DNA of 64,000 nucleotides, from the NCBI GenBank assembly GCA_951406725.2, contig OX597839.1:12338001-12402000 (forward strand), read 5' to 3'. The translations under genes were made by a program, and so were the position numbers. The notes under the pieces are model-generated. The model was given only the letters and a program-made list of their open reading frames with translations, was not told where the DNA came from and ran no database searches. This stretch comes from Octopus vulgaris. Lineage: Eukaryota. Below, piece after piece: positions 12,910 through 23,935 of this stretch (position 1 is its first letter; every line of letters begins with the position of its first letter).

Positions 12910-13950
12910 TGTCGTTAGCAAGGAATTTCTGCCTTCAATATTATCACCCAAACCTTCCCATCCTCAGAGGAGATAAAACAATGAACAAAATTTTAAGCTC
13001 ACACAAAATTATCAAAAGCAAAATGCAATCTATATCACTGAAAAAAATATTAATCAGTGCGGGACTATATCCATTAACAGCAGAACCAAAAGTGAATAAA
13101 TGTGATCGACCTAACTGTGGTACATGCCCCCACCTTTTGGAGGGTTCAGAATTCCACTTTAAACAAGGTGAAGTATTTAAGATCAAATCAAATTGAAGCT
13201 GTGCCTCAGAAAATCTAATCTATGCCATTACATGCTTAGGGTGTGGTAACAATTATATTGGCCAAACAGGAATATCACTCCGTCGAAGAACCACTCTCCA
13301 CAAAGAACAAGTCCGCTACCCATAATACAGACAGTTACAGGTTAGTGAACACATAGAAAGGTGTGCTAGGAATCTTAATCCTAATTTCCTAATTTTCTCC
13401 TTCTATCAATCTTCACAGAACACCTCAGTGCAACAAAGAATGAATAAAAAGGCAACTTTAATCAATAAATATCTTCCCCAACTCAATATGAACACACAAC
13501 ATAATACAGAACACTACTAATCTTTCAATTAATACCACTAACCCCCATGCGTCCCATATACCATTCACATTACAGATCTATATCTACCCTAATTGTACAA
13601 AATCCAGAACTACTTACCTCCTTTACAAATGATCTTTACCCTCAGGGACTAATAGACCTGACACCGCTCATTAATCGGTGTGCATTCAAAGCAATGATTA
13701 GTAATTTACGAAACCGGTATGCTTTTAAATCTCTTTAACAATTCACAATAATGACTTTTATTACTTTTATTCCTACCTCTAATTGTATATATCTATCGTT
13801 ACTTTTCATAAAAAGACTTTACTGTTTTTATTTCCAATGTGCATTTTCGCTTATTTTTCTTCTTACTTTCCCCCTATATATATATAAAGCTGCAAAATTA
13901 TCAAAAATATATTTTACTCAGAGTTTCGGACAGTTGTGATAAATACTGTA
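12910..13950 (+). mobile_element. Penelope-like element: GIY-YIG endonuclease plus pseudo-LTR
   Basis: KCDRPNCGTCPH...SCASENLIYAITCLGCGNNYIGQTGISLRRRTTLHKEQ (LIY...YIG, CxxC) with in-frame stops; decayed hammerhead at 13688-13725. Confidence 0.85.
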
Positions 13951-14248
13951 TATATATCACCACCGTCCGACAAACGGGAACGTGAAGATTTGAGTAACGG
14001 TTCTGCGAAAATTTTGCTGTTTATATAGAAGTATATTACTCTACCTTTGATATTTGAGTACAATTTTTCCACCTTATTTTTGCACTTATGTGCTCACCTC
14101 TTTGTGTGCGCGCGTGTGTGTGAGGTATAGGTATCTGGAAGACCCAAGATGGCCGGTAAGGCTATGTAAGTGCTCCGGGAGGACCGTAGTTAAACTCTCG
14201 GTTCGATAATAATACGAGTGAAGAATCTAATGTGGGTCCTGTGTGAGC

Positions 14249-14311
<63 letters not shown>

Positions 14312-14520
14312 CACACATATATATATATATACACTTTATATCACGTTATTGGCGTTAGGAAGGGCATCCAGCTGTAGAAACACTGCCAGATCAGACTGGG
14401 CCTGGTGCAGCCTTCTGGCTTCCCAGACCCCAGTTGAACCGTCCAACCTATGCTAGCATGGAAAGCGGACGTTAAACGATGATGATGATGATGATGATAT
14501 ATACACATATAGATATACAC

Positions 14521-14553
<33 letters not shown>

Positions 14554-15539
14554 TATATATATGCACATATATATACACACACATATATATATATATGTAT
14601 ATGTATATATATGGCATCTGAAAATAATCAGGGAGTCTCTCCTGGTCGGTCTGCACTGAGAAGCCACAGCTCCGGTATTACGGATATGTGGTTAGAATGT
14701 CACAAGAAGGAATTGCAAGTTGGATTCTGCGAGCCAGGCCAACAGGCAGGAGACCAAGTGGGTACCATCAAGAACAAAGTAGCTGGATATCTACAGTCTC
14801 AGCAGGTCGCGTTCGGAAATACTATCGGAAAATCTAATGACGGCTGCTTCAGGTAAGACCCTATGGAAGAGTGCCTGAAGACTCTACATTCCCCCTCCGC
14901 ATATCCACCACACCAACTGATTCTGAGTCCTCCTTCGGTCATGACTGACCATTGGATTGCGCATAGAAAGTTACCCTCCCAGGCACAAGTCCGGGTAAAG
15001 TTGTTTATGGAAGACCAGCAGTCACTCATGCATATGTTATCCAAGGGAAAGGTAAAGGGCTCGATGCAGCTTGGCACTCATGACGTCGCAACTCATTTCT
15101 ACAGCTGAGTGAACTGGAGCAGCGTGAAATAAAGTGTTTTGCTCAAGAACACAACACGCAGCCTGGTCCGAGATTCGAGCTCACAACCTCACGATCATAA
15201 GCTCGACGCTCTAATCACTGAGCCATGCGCCTTCACACCACAGCAACACACACTCAAGAATAACAGGCGGCGAAAACGGAACAGATGAATTGCTATTTAA
15301 AAACGTCAAAGAAGGATATCAAGGGAGTTAACTCTGTCGTTAGTTATCTCCCGTAATATTTTTTTGCTTGAAGATTTATTTCCCATTTAAATTATCACAA
15401 CAATAAATAAAAGAACCAAATGGAAAGCGCTTAACAGGGCCTTTGATTTTCTAGAAATAGCTCACATATCCATCTCTAATAACATGCAAGCGTTTTAATA
15501 TGCGATGTTCGAAAAAACGACAGTAAGAGCACATTGGCT

Positions 15540-16112
15540 AATGTAGTCCTAAATATACAATGCATGAGGAAAGTTTGTTCAAAGGTCTACAAACAACAAA
15601 GCTCAACAATACTATATAGAGAATACCCTGCATCAGGCATCTGCCATATTCTGAACGCCTTACTTCCCTGGGAATGGATACATTGAAACTCCGACGTCTG
15701 GCAGCTGACTTGGCAGACACCCATAAAATTAGTAACCATCTTACACACAATAACTGAGCACCTTTATAAACTCCACCCGTCTAACACCCGTGGACATGTT
15801 TACAGAGTCAGAAAACGGCACAGCTCCCATGACTTTCGGAAACATTTTTTCACGCTGAGAGTTGCTGAAGCATGGAACAAACTGCCGGCATCAGTTGTTA
15901 GTTGTCGGAGCACTGCATCCTTCAAAACTTCCATGCTTCCTGAGATTCGCCAACACTGCACCTGATTTTCTCCCCTCCATACACACGCAAGCATGTATCT
16001 GACTCATACACTGTTCGCTTTCCAGACATTTGTACATTACTGCATGTGCTTTATACGCACTTTTTGACAAGTTGTGGTGCACCTGAGCACAGTATACAAT
16101 AATTTCATTATT
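15540..16112 (+). mobile_element. CR1-clade LINE 3' end
   Basis: RIPCIRHLPYSERLTSLGMDTLKLRRLAADL...TRGH...RKHFFTLRVAEAWNKLPASVV (CR1 C-terminal motifs), then 3' UTR ending in (ATT)n. Confidence 0.85.
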
Positions 16113-16620
16113 ATATAAGACACGTGGCTCAGTGGGTAAGGTGTTGGACTGTATCCATGCATGGGCACAGGATTGTGGTTTCGATTCCTGGCTCAGGCAA
16201 TGCATTTGTGTTCTTAAGCAAAACACTTCATTCCACATTGCTCTACTTCACTCAGCTGGCCAAAAATGAGTAATCCTGCGATAGACCGGCCTCCTGTCCA
16301 GTGGAGTGAATATGTACATCACGGAAGCGGGAAACTGGTCTTGTGAGTCAATATGACAGAGAAAGGGTCTTTATTGATTTGTATGTTGGTGTGGCTGAAT
16401 GAAAAGAAGCTTCCTTCCCAACAGCATGGTTCCGGGTTCAGTCTCACTGAGTGACACTTTCGGCAAACGTCTTCTACAATAGCCTCGGGCTGACCAAAGC
16501 CTTGTGAATCTGAAGCTGGTCTTAGCGAAAAATTGCCGAAAATCTTCAAATATCTCTTGCTACTGTTAATAGAATTATTGTGCAATTCAAAAGCCAAGGA
16601 AAAGAATCAACAGATTCTTG

Positions 16621-16810
16621 GGATCTTTTCCTTTTGAACGGCACATGTCAACACAATTTCTAGTTAACTAAACACTTTTAAACTTCGTATACTGGTAGAA
16701 TGTGTCAAAATAAAACATTTTTTTCTCTTGGCTTTCTTGATAAAATTGTAATTCGTTTGTTTAACGTAGTTTAATTTTTCGAATTTTAACCAATCAATGG
16801 CCTCTAATTG
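16621..16810 (+). mobile_element. Partial copy of the 408-bp Merlin-like MITE
   Basis: GGATCTTTTCCTTTTGAACGGCA...AAACTTCGTATACTGGTAGAATGTG matches 40804-41211. Confidence 0.7.
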
Positions 16811-17381
16811 AAGAGAAATAACAATAATAATAGTAATAACTAATTCGTTTTATTGGCCACAAGGGCTGACAAAAATCAATTAAAAACTTGTAGGGACAAA
16901 AAACAGGACGAAAGTTACAAAGGGTTTTGTCCGTTTGAAAAAAATCCGTGTAACAACGAAAATATGTAACAAATAGAACTCTCAATAGGGGGAGGCGCTT
17001 CGAAAGGTTACTCGTGGAAAAACCTATAAAATACCACGGGAGCCTGGTCAAAAGTGGGGTAGTGAGCCCCTTTCTCCTTTCAGAAAACCTATTTATATTA
17101 CAGATGTATCCTCAGAATTGGTCCGTTCAGACTGGTCGTTTGTTGATATTTGGTATGGACGATATAATTATCAGGCAAGGCACTTTTCCTTGCAATACAG
17201 AAATACATATACACAGTATTACACACACACACATACTCATGTATGTATGTTTGAGTGTGTTTGTCTTTATACCCCACCACCACCGCTTGGTAACCAGTGT
17301 TAGTTTGTTACACGCCCCTGTAACTCAGCGGTTCAGCAACAAGGGACTCATAGAATAAGCACCGGGTTTTTAGAAAATAAG

Positions 17382-17545
17382 GGCGTAACTTCGGTATAGG
17401 TACCGGAAGTACCGGTTACATTTCAAGAAATTGTTTTTTTTTATACATATATATATGGGGTTAGGGTTAGGGGTGGGAGAAAAGGGTTTGTTATCTTCAG
17501 AAATGTAGACAAAGCCACTTCCGGTACCTATACCGAAGGATCGCC
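17382..17545. mobile_element. 164-bp MITE with GG/CC termini and 9-bp TSD (Merlin-like)
   Basis: TIR core CTTCGGTATAGGTACCGGAAGT at both ends; TSD GAAAATAAG at 17373-17381 and 17546-17554; internal GGGTTAGGGTTAGGG. Confidence 0.8.
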
Positions 17546-17812
17546 GAAAATAAGTACAGGCCGTGGTTTGTTTAACTAAACTTTTCAAGGTAGTGCTCCA
17601 GCATGACCGCAATCCAATTGTCGAAAAAAAAAGTACAATAATAGTTAATTATTAGAATATTGCATATTCGAAGTGTACGTTCACTTACCTCCCTTGTTAA
17701 ATTACTTCCCTTAGATCTATGTATATTTAGCAGTAACTGCTTATTTTTATGAATATTTAGCAGTGAATGCTTATTTCAGCAAATATTTAACAGGCAAATG
17801 AATATTTTCAAG

Positions 17813-17989
17813 TAAAACCACGCAGCAGACCCAGTTAAATATTAATATATATTTTAGGATAGATATATGCGAATGGTGTTGAATAAAGATGTTATATTTC
17901 TGCTTTAGTATAACCATAAGAGAGATCAGTGTCCTATGTATATACCATGGCTTATAGGTATATAAGCTGTGAGATTGCAGTGTAATGTT
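17813..17989 (+). promoter_or_regulatory. Type 3 (upstream) Pol III promoter of RNase P RNA copy 1
   Basis: TATATAA at 17959-17965, about 30 nt upstream of the P1 helix; PSE-like candidates TAACCATAAGAGAG (17911) and TACCATGGCTT (17943); this 177-bp block is identical in copy 2. Confidence 0.7.
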
Positions 17990-18327
17990 GGGTTCAGGTG
18001 TAAGCTCGTTTAAGGGATAACATCCAGGTACTTTGGTTGCCTCGTTCATCCTTGGGAAGGTCTGAGACAAAGGCTGTATTAATAACGTCCCAGCCGGACG
18101 TCCCTGTGAGAGGGGAGTGGTTCACCAGACACAACGGTTTCCTCAAGCTAACATGTTTAAACGTCAAATGACAGCCACGTTGTGGTTGGATGACCTCTGT
18201 GTTAGCTTGTTGGTTGAAAGTGGTCCATGGCCAGCGCGTAGAGCAGCTTGATAAACGAGGTGGGTGCAGAGTTCGATTCTTCGTTCCAGCCCCATAACTC
18301 AATTCAGACTATTCTTCATCTGAGCCT
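17990..18327 (+). ncRNA. RPPH1: Nuclear RNase P RNA (H1-like), copy 1
   Basis: CR-I GGGAAGGTCTGAGAC (18054-18068), CR-IV AGCTTGAT (18245-18252), CR-V AACTCAATTCAGACTA (18296-18311). Helices: P1 GGGTTCAGGTG/CATCTGAGCCT; P2 CTCGTTTA/TAAACGAG; P3 AGGGAT/ATCCTT; P4 GGTCTGAG/TTCAGACT; P10/11 GTGGTTCAC/GTGGTCCAT; P12 CAAGCTAACAT/GTGTTAGCTTG. Length about 338 nt. Confidence 0.95.
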
Positions 18328-18334
18328 TTTTTTT
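18327..18334 (+). terminator. Pol III oligo-T terminator (T8)
   Basis: TTTTTTTT immediately after the 3' strand of P1. Confidence 0.85.
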
Positions 18335-18849
18335 AAAATTGTTTTTTTAAAAATTATTTTATTTAATTATGTTTTCTCACGGCCATGTAAAATAGTTCTA
18401 ACAAGACGTGGCGGTTGTCCAATTGCTGATCTGGTACTTATTTTGTCGACCTTGAAAGATGAAAGGCGAAGTCGACCTCTGTGACATTTCAACTTAGAAC
18501 ATAAAGAGCCGAGAAAAATGCTAAGCATTTTGTCTGACACAGTAGCGATTCTTCTAGCTCACCTCCCAATAGCCATGTAAAATAATGCATATAGAACCTA
18601 GGCAAATCTCAGGGTACTTACTGTAATATATGTGTGAGATCTCAACCATCAAGTAGTGTTTGGTTGTGGGATGTATGTATGTCATTGTTCAGTTTTATTT
18701 CAAGATTTCTTGCCAATAGAGAAAGCGCCAGTTTCTCACTTAGATCCAAGGCTACTTCATTGGAATTTCAACATCAACAACAGGGTATTTTTTCTTGTAT
18801 GTAAGATATTGATGGGAGATGGAAAGAGCATTTTGATGAGTTGCTCAAT

Positions 18850-21170
18850 AGACCCACAGAAGTTTGCCTTTCTTTTCATGATAATATACCTGAGAAACCA
18901 ACAAAACATCTTTTAGAAGAGATTCCAAACCTCTGAAATAAAAGCAGTAATCAGAGAATTGAACAATGGAAAGGCCCTTGGTATGGATGGACAAAGCACA
19001 GAGATATATAAATAGGGTGGTGATCATCTCTGTACAATGTCGACAGATGTGATTCAGAGGGTTTGGAATAGTAAAGAGGTTCCTATGGATTGGCATGATG
19101 CAACTATGGAGTTACTATATAAATCGAAAGGTGAAAAGGATGTCCGTGATAATTATTGTGGCATCTGTCTGTTAGCTATTGCTGAAAAGGTCCTTTGTAG
19201 GGCAATGCTACACTGACTGCTTCTGCACATTGCTGATGAGGTTCTACAAGAATGGCACTGTGGTTTTAGCGATAGTAGAAGTACTATGGATATGATATTT
19301 TCAGCTAGACAGTTGCAAGAGAAGTGCATCGAACAGGATATGGACTTATATCAGGTTTTCATTGATCTAACGAAAGTGTTTGATTCTGTCAATAGAGTTG
19401 CACTTTAGGAGATCCTGAAAAATTTGTGAGAATGCTTAGACAGTTTCATGACAAGATAAAAGTGAGAGTTAATGTTGGAGGTGCCTTATCAGATCCAATT
19501 TCTGTTGAAAATGGTGTAAAACAAGGTGATATTCCTGCTCCTACATTGTTTGTTATTTGAAGATTGCACTGAAGGGTCTATATAAGATAAAGGACAACAG
19601 GAAAACTGTTCAATCTCAAAAGACTCTATACCAAAACGAAAGTTCTGTATTCTCACCTTGTTGAGTTCCTGCATGCAAATGATTGTTTTGTTTGTTCCTT
19701 CTCGAGCCATGCCTGGCTCATAAGGGCCAGTTTCCCGGTTTCCTTGGCGTATAGGTTCCCCACCTGGACGGGACACCAGTCCGTCGCAGGTGAGCTGCAA
19801 GATGCAGGAGGAAAGAGTGAGAGAAAGTTGTGGCGAAAGAGTCAGCAGAAGTTCACCATCACCTTCTGCTGGAGCTGCATGGAGCTTAGGGGTTTCGCTC
19901 ATAAACATACACATTGCCTGGTCTGAGATTCGAACCTGCAATCCTTCGACCGCAAGTCCGCTGCTCTAACCACTAGGCCATGTGCCTCCACAAATGATAG
20001 TGACCTGTTTGCACATTCCCACAAAGATATGCAGCACATGCTGAATGCGATTTCTGCAGCATATGCAGTATTGGGTGTAACAATCAATCTGAAAACAAAA
20101 AAAAATGTTCAAAGGTACCAACCTGCTCTCTCCATGATATATGTGGGACCTTTTATAACTGAGAATGGTCACAGGTTGGAGACTGTGTCTAGATTAATTT
20201 ATTTAGGAATTACCTTGAGCACTGCTGGCCTGCATGATGAAATTTCATACAGAATCAGCAGGGCTAGTAGTGCTTTTGGTATGCTTAATAGGTATCTGTG
20301 GACACGACATAATATATTTCCACGGGTACATAATGCATGCGTCCTGCTATCTTTGCTATATGGGAGTGAGGCAGGGGTTATTTACTGTAGACATGTAAAG
20401 CAAATGGAACAATACCATCAATACTGTCTGAGAAAAATTTGGGGGATAAACTGGAAAATGGCCATTAGTAATGTGGAGGTGTTTGAGAGGAGTGGCAGTA
20501 GAAGTATGGAGACAATGATTCTACAAAGACATCTGATGTGTGTGTGTGTGTGTGGGAGCATCTGATAAGGATGAGTGATGAGAGACTGCCCAAGCAACTA
20601 TTGTATGGTGAGCTTGAAGACAGCAGGAGACCAGCGCATAAGCCTAGACTAAGGTTTAAGGATTGCTCTAATACAGACAGGAATTGCAGTTGGTAATTGG
20701 GAGAGAGAGGCACAAGACTGGGATGGATGGAGGAAAACAGTGGTTGTTTGGGGTTTGATAGGGAGAGAGTGAAGTATGAGTGAATTGGGAGGGGGCTTAG
20801 AAGGAGGGAACTCGTGGAGAGGGTGGGGTGTGTTGCTTTTTGTGTGTGGTTTGTGAGAGATGTTTGAGACATGCAGGCCTGGTCAGCCATCTCACAGGAA
20901 TCGACCCATGATAAACAGTGATGTGGCCATTAAGATTCACAACAGAAAATGTGTAAAATGTGGAAAGATGTCCCTCTCAGATAGAGATCTGAAAAGATAT
21001 ATTAAGAAAGTGCATACGGTGGCATCTGTCTCTCCTGCCAGCCAGCACAACTGCGTAGCATGTAGTAAAATGTGTAAAACTTTGGTGGGGCTTAAAAGGC
21101 ATAAAAGTGCATCACATGGCATCAATAATGAATCATTTCAGTAAGTCTTTTTGGTAATGGCTCTTCTTGT
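18850..21170 (+). mobile_element. Degenerate RTE-clade LINE (RT plus C-terminal C2H2 fingers)
   Basis: KALGMDG, GFSDSRSTMDMIFSARQLQEKC, VFIDLTKVFDSVNR, GVKQGDIPAPTLF, YLGITLS, RISRASSAFG, LLYGSEA; terminal CVKC...H and CVAC...GLKRH fingers; many stops and frameshifts. Confidence 0.9.
19684..19990 (-). mobile_element. tRNA-derived SINE (family C head, different tail) nested in the RTE
   Basis: Head GGAGGCACATGGCCTAGTGGTTAGAGCAGCGG...GGTTCGAATC; TSD CAAATGAT at 19676-19683 and 19991-19998. Confidence 0.85.
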
Positions 21171-21589
21171 GCAACGATGGTGCAGCTGTGTGTGCGTGTG
21201 AGTATGTGTGTATGTATGTATGTATGTATATGTGCAGATTTGTATGTTTTGCTTTATATATGTATTCTCATGCATATTGTTGCATGTCTAGACATGCTCA
21301 TTTATACTTAAATGATAAACTTCTGGAAAGTTTTACAGATTTTTACAGTTCCAGTGATGGACTGGATCAATTGAATTCAAATTAGCTTTCTCCTATCTGG
21401 TTTTGAGAAGCCTAATTTCTCAAGATTGGCATTTAGGCAGTGTGTTACATATCCCAGGACCCCAATAATTACAGGTATAAACATGCATGCATGAATGTAT
21501 GTATGTATGTATGTATGTATGAATGTATGTATGTATGTATGAATGTATGTATGTATGTATGAATGTATGTATATATGTACTTTTCTGTT

Positions 21590-22205
21590 TTTATTTATTT
21601 AAGATCTTCCTGTAAGGAAGGAGCTGGTTTCTAACACAGATATAAAGTTCCATCATTGGCAAGTAGATAACAAAAACAATGCCAGATTTAAAACTTGAAA
21701 AAAGTTTTTCATATTTTTACTGTTCCACTTACAAACTGTATTTCTGATGTGCGAGTTTACAATTAAGTTGGTTGACTTCTTTTCCTGAAAAATCTTATCT
21801 TAATTGCCATTTTGGCATTTTCTCACAAAACTAAGTGTACCCATTATTATTGGTGTAAATGTGAATTTATAATCTGGATACAGAAGCTGGAGGTTTCGAA
21901 GCAGTTGTCTGTGGTTATCCTCGTTCTCTTCGATATCCAGAGAGATATTCACATCAGCAGAGCAACTGGATTGTATGGCAGAACATACTTTTCCATGTAT
22001 ATCCTAGAGAACGATATCTGGTACGTTATTTTTACGCTTGATAGAACTTTTGATGGGAATGTGCTGCCAATATTCGTTGTGTTGATGTTTGTGTATGTAT
22101 TCAATAACAGAGGGGGTAGTGTAGGACAGTTTTTTAAGGGGGGGTAGGCATGGTAGTGTATATTATCTTAGCAACAAAGTTATATTGGGAGATATTACCA
22201 ATGCA
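21590..22205 (-). mobile_element. Degenerate Penelope-like fragment
   Basis: Similar to 8205-9040; disrupted GIY-YIG-like reading. Confidence 0.5.
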
Positions 22206-22220
22206 ACATAAAAAAAAAAA

Positions 22221-22640
22221 GGTGGCGAGCTGGCAGAAATGTTAGCATGCCGAGTGAAATGCTTAGCGGTAATTCGTCTGCTGCTACATTCTGAGTTTAA
22301 ATTCTGCTGAGGTCGACTTTGTCTTTCATCCTTTTGGGGGTCGATTAAATAAGTACCAGTTATGCACTGGGGTCAATATAATCGACTTACTCTGTTTGTC
22401 TGTCCTTGTTTGTCCCCTCCGTGTTTAGCCCCTTGTGGGTAGTAAAGAAATAGGTAATTTGTCTGCTGCTACATTCTGAGTTCAAAATCCGCTGACGTCG
22501 ACTTTGTCTTTCATGCTATTGGGCGGTTGATTAAATAAGTACCAGTTATGCACTGCGGTCAATATAATTGACTTAATCCGTTTGTCTGTCCTTGTTTGTC
22601 CCTTCTGTGTGTAGCCCCTTGTGGACAGTAAAGAAATAAG
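22221..22640 (+). mobile_element. SINE family B with tandemly duplicated body (CpG-decayed)
   Basis: Same dimeric layout as 5545-5960. Confidence 0.8.
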
Positions 22641-23354
22641 CTATTACCTCGATGAAAATTTTGGGCAGCTACTTACCACATATGTGATGTGTTCAACAGA
22701 AATGTAATAAAATCAACATTTACAGTTGTATCTTGGGGCTACAATGATGTAGTGGTCAAGAATTCAAATAAAGTTGCACTTTATGGATATTACTGTCATC
22801 TTCAAGTTTTTAGGGAAACATACTCACACATACATTATTTCGGTATGTTGAGGGTTTCACATCCAGTTCTTCTTTGACGTATGTTAGTCTAGTTATTTCA
22901 AGGATTGTATGGAAGTTCGTCAGGAACAGAATATTTACTAAGGAGCTCACTGCTTTCTTTCACCTGCCTGTTCATCAGTCACTATGTTGTTGGACTCAAA
23001 ATAATTCTGGAGGAAGTGGTTGGGGCATTTTGTGTACAGCTTGTTCACAATGCTTAGGTAAGCAACAAGCCTTTAGTATTTTGCCAACTCAGTGGTTTTG
23101 TTCTCAGTCACACGATTTGTTCATGCTATAGCAAGCCAATTTGATTTGTCAATTTCGCCTTCCATAATCCTTTTTGAATATACATACTCTCCCGTGCAGG
23201 TGGCACGTAAAAAGCACCCACTACACTCTCGGAGTGGTTAGTGTTAGGAAGGGCATCCAGCTGTAGAAACTCTGCCAGATCAAGACTGGAGCCTGGTGCA
23301 GCCATCTGGTTGCCAGCCCTCAGTCAAAACCGTCCAACCCATGCTAGCATGTTA

Positions 23355-23935
23355 CAAGGAGTCTTGTTGATCTCTCGCTCAACTGTGCCTTGCACAATAA
23401 TCAAGGGGGTTGCAATCTGGGGAGTTATGTGGCCAGATGTGGTCGCAGACATTGTCTAACAGCTATGACTGGGTTCTCCTGCAAGTGTGGCATGGTGCAG
23501 AATCCTGTTGCCAGATGTAGGGTCTTCCAGCAGTTGACCCAGGGCAACACTATCTCCTGCTGGCACTTGATGTAGGCCTCTGTGTTGAGTCTGAGGCCAT
23601 GTGGGAAGATGAATAGAGGCATAACGTCACCATCACTAGTGATCACTCCAAACCTCATGATGTTGACTGGATGTTTGATTTTTATCACTCTCGGTACAAG
23701 TCCTCAGATTGACACCCAAACACTCTGAAATGTTCATATTGGAGCTCCCGGCGCAAATGCCAAGCAGTACAGCATGTCGTTTCCAAATTTCTGGCAGAAT
23801 GAATTGCATCATGCTGCTGTTTTTCTCACAGATGGTGCTCAACCGGCCCTACTATAATGTGTAATCGACAAAGTCAAAAACAAACAATGCGCATGCACAA
23901 AATTAAAAATATAAAATGGTGACAATTTACCCATA
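23355..23935 (-). mobile_element. Tc1/mariner (DD37D/maT-like) transposase remnant
   Basis: KIKHPVNIMRFGVITSDGDVMPLFIFPHGLRLNTEAYIKC...WQQDSAP; homologous to 61093-61874. Confidence 0.8.

Noticed and set aside
17458-17472. True telomere or fusion site
   Set aside because: Only 2-3 TTAGGG units, located inside a TSD-flanked MITE.
17771-18302. Duplicated minus-strand ORFs of 99-105 aa (also 26007-26556)
   Set aside because: Antisense shadows of the RNase P RNA cassettes; the + strand structure, TATA and T8 explain the conservation.
20860-21144. Stand-alone C2H2 zinc-finger gene
   Set aside because: Collinear with the decayed RTE ORF and followed by its tail; RTE elements often end in such fingers.
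22640-23190. Unique segment screened for C/D snoRNA or coding exons
   Set aside because: TGATG motifs lack a properly placed CTGA and terminal stem; no convincing reading frame.
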